From the NCBI RefSeq assembly GCF_006345805.1, contig NC_043020.1:17670001-17734000 (forward strand): a stretch of DNA of 64,000 nt, in the 5' to 3' direction. Within the stretch, counting starts at the first letter, position 1. Each line of letters starts with the position of its first letter. Positions 54,785 to 64,000 of this stretch are shown here, piece by piece. The position numbers and the translations under genes are program-made. Origin of the DNA: Octopus sinensis (Eukaryota). The notes below the pieces were generated by a model. The model searched no databases and was not told the origin of the DNA. It saw only the letters and a list, made by a program, of their open reading frames with translations.

Positions 54785-55069
54785 TTTCAGTTTATTCACA
54801 TGCACATGTATATATATTAGTTTTTAATTTATTTGCATACAAATATATATATAATACACATACATATACATTCACACAGGGTGTCTATAATTTACAATTT
54901 GAAAAATTCAGGAGTAGACAGGAAATAAGGATAACTCAGCAGAATTTTTGACATGTTGGGCAAGCGTTTTCTATTATAGCCTCAGACTGAAAAAAGCCGT
55001 ATTATTGAATTTGATAGATAGAAACTGAAAGAAGCCTGTTGCATGTGTGTGTGTGTGTGTGTATATAAT

Positions 55070-55107
<38 letters not shown>

Positions 55108-55403
55108 CCCTTTCGCACGCACATATGTACTCTCTTACACACACGCGCACATTCGTTTTAGGATCACTACTACTTTGTTATCTCCCCTACGTCTTAGCTC
55201 TCCTGTGTGACCCTTCTGTCCAGCATTCGGCATGATAGATTGGTAGACACTACACACATTTGTTTCTTTTTGTGTTCCTTTCTGTGGATGAGCGTAGGCT
55301 CAAAACGTTAAAGACTTTTTCGATTCCCAAGCATTATACTCATACATCTGTTTGTTTTCTACACCACCTGTTTTCGTCTTTTGTTTTTTTCATGAATTCT
55401 CCC
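55108..55403 (+). mobile_element. Probable Penelope-like pLTR fragment with degenerate hammerhead motif
   Basis: Sits between (TA)n tracts; CTGTGGAT-gagc gtag gctc-AAAA-cgttA; downstream sequence resembles that after the 63855 motif. Confidence 0.5.
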
Positions 55404-55639
55404 TATATATACATATATATATATATATATGGATAATGTCTACAGCAAAAAATTTTATCCATGACAAAACACAGTGAATTGCTTTCTTAAAGGTTCAAAT
55501 ATTCCCCTTAACATATTTGAACCGGTAAAAACATTGCATTTATGCACAACACTGCTTAGCACAACTGTGTAATATAGCACTGCCTCTGCATAATATATAT
55601 AGATAGTCTAACTGCATAATATTGCACTGCCACAGTGTA

Positions 55640-55676
<37 letters not shown>

Positions 55677-56722
55677 GACCCATGCCAGCATGGAAAACAG
55701 ATGCTAAATGATGATGATGATGATTGTGCTGGTGCCACATAATAAGCACTCATACCAGTGCAAGCCCGTGTGCCTGTGTCATGTTAAAAGGACCCAATAT
55801 GTACTGTAAAGTGGTTGGTATTAAGAAGGGCATCCAGCTGTAGAAGTCAAGCCAAATGAGACTGGAACTTAGAGCAGCTTCCCAGCTTGCTAGCTCTGGT
55901 CAAACTGTCCAGCCCATTCCAGTGTAGAAAACCAACATTAGAGGAGGAGGAGGAGGTGTGTATGTGTGCAATGGTGTTGGTGTGTTTATGTTCCCATAAC
56001 TTAATGGTTTAGCAAAAGAGACTGATGGAATAAGTACCATACTTAAAAATGAATAAATACTGGGGTTTATTCTTCCAACTAAATTTCTTCAAGATGTGCC
56101 CCAGTCTGGCCACAGTTTAATGACTGAAACAAGTAAAGGATAAAAAATAAACATGAGAACACTTCCACATGTGCTTCATTCGTTACATGCAACTGCTGAC
56201 TTACTCAGTTTTTTTTTTCCCTGAATTTTTAAAGTTTATGGACACCCTGTACACACACACCCAAACACACGCACACACACATTTGTATGTATATTTGTAC
56301 GTACATACATATATACATACATACATACATAAAGGGTAGAAGGGTAAAGATCCCCTTTGGTTATAAATGATCATGGAATTGGACCTAGAAAGTTCACCTC
56401 TGAGGCTCAAGTCTAGGCAAGGTTGTTTGTGGAAGACCAGCAATCACCCATGCATACTAGTTTCTCCTCTCCACACTACCATTGTTGTCCAAGAGAAAGG
56501 CAAAAGCCAACACAGTTTAGCACCAGTGACATCACAGCTCATTTCTACAGCTGAATAAACTGGAACAACTATGTAAAATAAAGTGTCTTACTCAAGAACA
56601 CAACACACAACCCAGTCCAGAAATTGAACTCAAAACCTCACGATTGTAAGCTTGACACTCTAACCACTAAGCCATGTGCCTTCACATACATACATACATA
56701 CATACATACATACATTTGGGTT

Positions 56723-56763
56723 ATCTACGACGGTTTCGCAAACCCATGCTATCAGATATAAAT
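56723..56763 (-). ncRNA. Degenerate type-I hammerhead ribozyme-like motif
   Basis: Minus strand atttat-at-CTGATA-gca tgggtt tgc-GAAA-ccgTC-gtagat; stems I and II pair, one core G missing. Confidence 0.4.
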
Positions 56764-57343
56764 GTGGTAATCTTTTCTTTTCATATTAATATTTATTTGC
56801 AAACTATCTCCGTCCTCCCATTGAACACTCCTTAGCCCTCTCTTTTGAACCTCTTAGCCTCATATCATATAGCATTACTCATAACACATTAGAAGATAAT
56901 ACAATGCAATATTATGGTTATTTTAAGTACAGTTCCTCCACGTTGTTGCTTAGTCCAAGGTCAGCCCTGTTCAAGCAGACCTGTGATTGGTTAGCTGTGT
57001 GGTTGACAAGTTTGCCTTGCAGCCATCTGGTTTTAGATTCAATCCCACTGTAGAATAATTATTCCCACTTGGATGCTACCCATAGTTTGTTCTAACAGAA
57101 CATCCATGTTTAAGTCATCGTCATCGTTTAACGTCTGCTTTTCATGCTAGCATGGGTTGGACGATTTGACTGAGGTCTGGCAAACCAGATGCCTGCACCA
57201 GGCTCTCTCAGTATTAATATATATTAATATATATTAGGCTCTCTCACTAATATATATTTTTAACAATCTCACTGTTCTGGTGCTGTTATTCTATATCTCT
57301 CTGGTGGGGAGATGAGTCACTGCTTTCTCTACTGATCAAGCAT

Positions 57344-57390
57344 CCATCATTGATGAGACCAAAGAAGGTCGAAATCACAGTACTTGGTGG
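57344..57390 (+). ncRNA. Degenerate type-I hammerhead ribozyme in a retrozyme/Penelope-like repeat
   Basis: ccatca-TTGATGA-gacc aaagaa ggtc-GAAA-tcacagTAct-tggtgg; stems I and II pair, first core C is T, stem III is poor. Confidence 0.55.
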
Positions 57391-58999
57391 TCTGTGTGTA
57401 GGGATTTATCACCCCACCAGTGATATAAACAATAGTGCTGTTTGCACCAAAAGCCAGTACGAGAGTTTCTCTCGTGGTATCCACCACAGTATAGTTTGTT
57501 CTAACAGAACATCTAGGTTTAAGTGGGGATAAATATTACCTCTCAATATTAATACAGCCTCTGGTTACTAATATATACTTTTTAACAAGCCCACTGTGGA
57601 ATAAATATCTTAGCCATGTGTTTTATAATATATCACTGAATTGACCAATATCTTGCGAGTGAAATTTGATACACAGAGATTTTCAATTGCCTGCTCGGTG
57701 TCTGTGTGTGTGTGCGTGTGTGTGTGCTTGTCTGTCTCCTCGATTTGTATTTAGGAACTAAAGAAACAAGCACCCACAAACCTATATAGACTATTGTTCT
57801 ATTATTCACCACATCACAGGTTATATTATAACACTTGTTTTGAGAAATAGTAACCAAATCTCCCTCATAAAGGCTATTGAGATGTAGGACAGAAAGTGAG
57901 CTGTAGTGTCAATTTTTAATCCTCCTTTCCTCCATCCCTCTCTTTCTCTCTGTCATAGTGCAATGGATAAATAGTTAGATAGATAGAGAGAGAGAGTGAG
58001 GGGAGCAGTGATGATGATAGCAGCAGTACGTTTGTGTGGAGTGAAACTTTTTCTTTTCACCCCTCTTCAGTCTTTCCTTTATCTCGCTCTCACTCTCTCT
58101 CTCACTCTCACACACACACACACACACAACACACACACACACACACACACACAAGAATAGAGTGAGGAATATACTTGAAAGAAGAGACAGAGTAGAGAAT
58201 GAAGGTGATGAATTCAAGCTATGAAAGTTACTAAAATAGAAGAAAACATGAAATTATTGTTTTTAAAAATTATGTGAAACAAAAGCTGAACCCCACAAAA
58301 AAAACAAAAAAAACATTTACAAACAAATCTTTGCTTCTTCCCACTCTTATTCATAATTTGTTGAATAAATTTAACTTTTTATCTTGATTTCTTCTTATTC
58401 CCTCTTTGATTTTTCATGTACAGAAACTAATGCTTAGCAGATATTTAACTACTAAGTTTTGATTTCTAGATTCATATCTCTTGGCATTTTTTTATTTAGG
58501 CCTGTTCCTTGTAATTACAAAGCTCTTCCTAGTTTACCTATCTAGCAAAGATTAGCTGTGGATGGGGATGTTACCTGTAAAAGAACTGGTTTCTTACCCA
58601 GGCTTTGTATTCAATTTTATCCCATCACTCACAAATGGCATAACTCTTCCTGAATCTAAGCAGACGAGGACAATGAGCAACAGCTTCATAAGCCACACCT
58701 CATAATCCTCCGGATCAAGAGGTCTTGCAGAGTTTATCATTTAAATTAGTGGGTTTATCAATTTACACATTTGCTTAATGTATTTTTTCTTGCAGAAGAA
58801 ATCTGAACATTCCAGAAAGAATGGTTTTTAAGGAATAAAAAAAAGATGACTATTGACATACACCATATGTTTCTTGATTCTTAATCTTACTTCTATCACT
58901 TGTCTGGGTGTGTGTTCATTGTTTTGACATTACATGATGGTTGTTAATGAGTAACATTGGCATATAAGCAGGAGGAGGGAGATAGTCAATTACAGCAAC

Positions 59000-59600
59000 C
59001 CTAATACACCACTGGTACTTATTTCATTGACTCCCCAAAAGGATGAAGGTCAATGTCAGTGGAATTTGAACTGACAAATGAAATGCTGCTAAACATTTTG
59101 CCCAGCATGCTATTGATTCTGCCAGCTTGCTGTTTTATGATAATAATAATGATGATGATGATGATGATGATGGTGATTTCAGATTTTGGCACGTGGCCTG
59201 CAAGTTTGAGAGGAGGAAGTAAGTTGATTACATCTATCCCAGAGCTCAACCGGTACCTATTTTATTGACCCTGAAAGGATGAAAGACAAAGTCAAGCTCA
59301 GCAGGATTTCAACTCAAAATATATACATGGACAAAATCCTCTAAGCATTTTGTCCAGCACACTAATGGTTCTGCCAGGTTGCCAAATGGTTTTAAATTTT
59401 GGCACAAGACTAGCAAGTTTGGGAGGAGGGGGTAAATCACTTACATTGACCCCAGTATTCAACTGGTACTTATTTTATTGACCCCCAAAAGGATGAAAGG
59501 CAAAGTTGACCTCAGCAGAATTCAAACTCAGAATATAAAGATGAACAACATTGCTAAGCATTTGGTCCAGCATGCTAACAATTCTGCCAGCTCACCACCT
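59000..59600 (-). mobile_element. Three tandem Meta-like SINEs
   Basis: Repeated ggtacttattttattgacc..aaaggatgaaag units. Confidence 0.8.
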
Positions 59601-60139
59601 TATGATGATGATGATGATAATGATCTTGAAGAGAGTAATAATGGTGACAATGATAAAGTTAATGATGATGGTGATGTATAAAAGAGCTAAGTGTTGCAAT
59701 AGATATCTGTACTTAATCTTGCAAAGTACTTTTTGGATGTAACAGGAAAAGGTCATTGAATAAAGATTAAATTGCCTGAAGATCAGAAACATGAAACTCT
59801 GTGAGGTGACCTAGTCAGACTTATCTTTGGATAACAATTAGATCTCAATTTCAGTTTTGTAAAAACAAAAAAAAAAGGATTAAAATAGAAAATTGTTGTA
59901 TTAGATCTGTGCCATAAATAAACAGATTTTGCTGGTGGTAAATACTTGATGCTAGAGAAACTCAAAACCTTCTTCAAACATGCATTCACAAGGAAATTAT
60001 CTTCTCTGACTTTTTTTTTAATGAATAATGGACATTTTTGTTTGATGCATTACATCCTGGACAACTAGTCAGTAAAATTATTCAGAATGACTGTTTCCCT
60101 CTTCAAAATTACAATGATAACTGTCTCACTGTCATTTTG

Positions 60140-60216
<77 letters not shown>

Positions 60217-60325
60217 GATCTGACTGGACTGGTGCAGCTTTCGGGCTCCCCAGACCCCAGTTGAACCGTCTAACCCATGCTAGCATGGAAAGCGGACGTT
60301 AAATGTTGATGATGATGATGATGAT

Positions 60326-60635
60326 GTGGAGGCGCAATGGCCCAGTGGTTAGGGCATCAGACTCATGGTCGGAGGATCGCGGTTTCGATTCCCAGACCGG
60401 GCGTTGTGTGTGTTTATTGAACGAAAACACCTAAAGCTCCATGAGACTCTGGCAGGGGGTGGTGGCGACCCCTGTTGTACTATTTCACCCCAACTTTCTC
60501 TCACTCTCTCTTCCTGTTTCCTGAATAATGCTGCGATGGACTGGTATCCCGTCCAGCTGGGGGGAACACATACGCCACAGAAACCGGGCCCATGAGCCTG
60601 GCTAGGCTTGAAAAGGGTGCATAAAAAAATAAAAA
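60326..60635 (+). mobile_element. SINE family C, inserted at the (GAT)n tail of an RTE fragment
   Basis: Matches the 22308 copy. Confidence 0.9.
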
Positions 60636-61694
60636 TATGTATATATATATATATATATATACATATTTCCCTTAGGCATTGAAATACTAAGAACCTGGTG
60701 TAGAACTCATTATACATATGCTTCAGAACAAAGCATTTGTTGCGTACAGAGCAGTAATAAGAAAAGAGACAACAAAAGAATAAATGATTATCTTATGAAC
60801 TTATGAAATATCCGTCATTTGTAAATAATGTACATAATTCCTCATCTCTTAAATATAGAACTGTAGATATCATAAGGTTCTGGCTATTTTTGAAGAATCC
60901 AAAATCTTAAATTGCATGTATGCATGTGTGTGCATGCACACCCTACTCATCCTGCACACTACTTAACCTATTGCTGCTGAAGATGTTAGAAACTCCAGCT
61001 GTGTTAATGTACTTATGTATGAGTGTTTGTGCGCATATATCCTAGTATGTCATCACCATCATCGTCACCATCATATATCTGTTTTTCTATGCAAGCATGG
61101 GTTTGGTGGTATGTATAGTGTGTGTGTGTGGTGGGGTGTACCATCATTGTTTGTTATTCATAGTAGCAGTGGTGGCATTGTTATTGTAAAGAGTGAGGTT
61201 TAGCTCCAGGCAAGCCCTGATTGAATAAACATATGAGCAAAACCATTCCAGTTGTGCCTAAGTCAAATTTTATTTTTACATGTTAAATGTATCCTTCTTT
61301 GTATAAAACAGTAGGATGCAATTTGAGAAAAATTTAGCTATTGTATCAGCAGGTTAAGAGACCACATAGAAGATCCTTGTTTGGCTCACCTTGCTGTTCT
61401 AGGCCCTGATAGAATAGATCTTCAGTGCTGCGTCTGTTTGTATGTCTTATTTTTATACTCTCTTCTTCAAGATCCAATAATCAGATACATAATCGAACCG
61501 CACAGTCATCTTTGGTTAAATTTTACAGCAGTCACCATCCACAAAGTACATATGACACTGTCTTTTAACCAGAATGTGTAATGTTGGCATAACATTAGTG
61601 TTTAACATGAAAGGAGAATAGGAAGATTAGAAAGGGGCCAGACATTGTTGTTTAACCCTTTAGCATTCATATTACTCTGTCAAATGTAATGCTT

Positions 61695-61975
61695 TGTGCA
61701 AGAGAGAAGACTGCACTGGTATTATCGTGTGATGTGTATGAATGAGGACTGCTGCGTAAAGAAATGCCCATCTCTAACTGTGGAGGGAACCTGTGGAAGA
61801 GGTAGACCCAGGATGTCGTGGGACAAGGTGGTGAAATGGATCTTCTGCTGTCGAGTCTCACAAAGGCAATGACAAGTGACCAAGACTTTTGGTGATTTTC
61901 TGTGCTTGGGAAGATATGTCAAGCTAAGTGAAATCATGGTCATGGCCAGTGCTGGTAACACATAAAAGGCACCCA
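61695..61975 (+). mobile_element. RTE LINE ORF2 C-terminal fragment
   Basis: VQERRLHWYYRVMCMNEDCCVKKCPSLTVEGTCGRGRPRMSWDKVVK. Confidence 0.9.
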
Positions 61976-61989
61976 TACTAGTCACATAA

Positions 61990-62167
61990 AATTCTGGGTT
62001 CAAATTTCGCCAAGGTCGATTTGGCCTTTCATCCTTTCAGGGTCGATAAATTAAGTACTCGATATGATCAACTTACTCCCTCTCCCAAAATTTCAGGTCT
62101 TGTGCCTACTATAGAAAGGATCATCATCTCCATCATCATCCATCATCATCCATCATCATCATCATCA

Positions 62168-62204
<37 letters not shown>

Positions 62205-62505
62205 GGCAGTGTGCTGGCAGAACCGTTAGCACGCCGGGCAAAATGCTTAGCGGTATTTCGTCTGCCACTATACTCTGAGTTCAAATTCCACTGAGATCAA
62301 CTTTGCCTTTCATCCTTTCGGGGGTCAATAAAATAAGTACCAGTTGAAAACTGGGGTCAATGTAATCAACTTATCCCCCTCCTCCAAAATTTCAAGCCTT
62401 GTGCCTATAGTAGGAAGGATTATTATTACTATTCTTTCTTTAAACTGTAAGCTAGAAGAACCGTTAGTACACTGGACAAAATGCCTAACAGCATTTCATC
62501 TATCT
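61990..62505 (+). mobile_element. Tandem Meta-like SINEs separated by (CAT)n/(ATT)n
   Basis: Central domain repeated. Confidence 0.8.
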
Positions 62506-63113
62506 TTAACAGATTAGTATCATTATTTCTTTAACTAGTATTCTCGTTAAAAACATACTTCAGTGGATGCGGTTAGGTTTGAACCCTCAATCTATTGTTT
62601 CAATAGTCCAGCAACTTAATCACTCTGCCTCTATGTCAGCAGTGGGGGGTGGGGGCAGTAATCTTTTCTGCTCCATTTCCTTTCTGGCGACAATCTGCAT
62701 TCCACACATGGTTATGGTGTTGGTGGGGATACCGGTGGGTTTGGTTATGAATTTGGTGTTGATTGTGGTGATGCTGGTCGCTATATTTAGCAATGTTTTG
62801 AAAAAAAAAAAAAAAAAAAAACTCTACAAGCATTCTAGAAATAAAATAAAATAAAATAAAATAAAACTAAAATATATAAGAACATACAAAAGCAAACCAA
62901 TAACAACAGCAAAATAAAACAAAATAAAAGCTGAAACTCCTTCTGTCAAGAATATATTTCCTTTAAAAACACCAAACACTGGCTGTTTTGTCTGGAGAAG
63001 ACTCTGAGATACTGCTGCTGGTACTGTCACACAACATCACCACCAAGACAACAGTTACTACTACTACAACTATTACTACAATGCCATAACCATTACTATA
63101 CTTTGTGTTTGTG

Positions 63114-63337
63114 TACGAGGGGGTGCTGAAAAGTTTCTGACTTTAAGGGTAACATGAAAGGCCTAGTTGGAGGCCCCACCTTCTGAGTTCTTTTACAGGG
63201 CTTAGAAAAACTAAAGGACCACTGCAATAAGTGTGTGTAAATTTTAAAGGGGGAATATGTTCAATAAGATCATAATTAACTGGTCCTCTTGTATTTTCTT
63301 TTACCCAAAGACAGGGACTTTTCAGCATCCTTTCATA
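63114..63337 (+). mobile_element. Tc1/mariner-type MITE
   Basis: TA-cgagggggtgctgaaaagtt ... acttttcagcatcctttca-TA. Confidence 0.85.
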
Positions 63338-63708
63338 TAAAGGGAGAGAGTCCTATCTTTGTTTTAAAACAACCTGTGGATTATAATTACTTCAAGAGAG
63401 AAAACAAGGGTCTAATGACCTGGAACCTCTATTCCCCATATGTTTCTTCATCTCTCACCACCATTGTTGCATTCATCACCCCTACAAAAAATTTTAGAGG
63501 GTGCACTTGCATCTCCTGTACCCCCTGTTCCTGAGCCTCTGTGTGTGTGCGTGCACATGCTTGTGAGTGCATAGGCATTTAAAGCAACTAATGAAAATAT
63601 GGTACATGCCATCAGTGATCTTCCCATGTAATTAACATCCATTGTTATTTATACAAATCAAACAGGCTCCAAAGAGACTGGTGTAGGCCAGCATTTGCAG
63701 ACTAATAT

Positions 63709-63939
63709 TATTTAGTAAAATTAATAAAAAGAATACAATGAACTTGTTGTGAGGACTGGAAAATCCAACATTTCCTACAGAGTCCTTATTCAAGAAGTTG
63801 ACAGGAGGAAATTTATGAGACAGCAGAGTTTTACATCCTCTACATCAACTTTCCCTGATGAAGGACTTTGTCTGAAACATTGGATTTTCCACTTCCCAGA
63901 GCAAGTTTGCTGTACTCTTTTTGTCAATTTTACTAAGTA
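63709..63939. mobile_element. Inverted duplication (arms about 95 bp) carrying a hammerhead-like motif; probable Penelope-like terminus
   Basis: 63709-63801 is the diverged reverse complement of 63845-63939; CTGATGA at 63855-63861, ggac ttt gtct stem, GAAA at 63874-63877. Confidence 0.6.
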
Positions 63940-64000
63940 GTTTTGTATAAGGGTGAAAGGGTAAAGACCTCCTTCAGTCAGAAATCACCATGGGATTGCA

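Overview
AT-rich eukaryotic DNA, saturated with repeats and either intergenic or intronic. The repeat landscape (very abundant tRNA-derived SINEs, RTE/CR1 LINE relics, many MITEs, long (TA)n/(CA)n/(TATC)n tracts) looks like an octopod cephalopod genome; this is an inference from pattern recognition, not a database match. I found no intact protein-coding gene, rRNA, true tRNA or CRISPR array. The longest ORFs are artefacts of micro- and minisatellites, and the rest are unrecognisable or lie in repeats. The only recognisable protein remnants are decayed RTE and CR1-type ORF2 C-termini and a hAT transposase dimerisation domain inside an element with an 8-bp TSD. Most interesting signals: (1) four degenerate type-I hammerhead-ribozyme-like motifs between 55.3 and 63.9 kb, one in a retrozyme-like repeat and one in a Penelope-like inverted duplication; (2) a possible small-exon spliced transcript on the minus strand ending near 15.85 kb; (3) a clean non-autonomous Helitron insertion; (4) head/tail module shuffling among SINEs; (5) several TSD-defined nested insertions and near-perfect hairpins. 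Coordinates were read by eye; repeat boundaries without a TSD are approximate.
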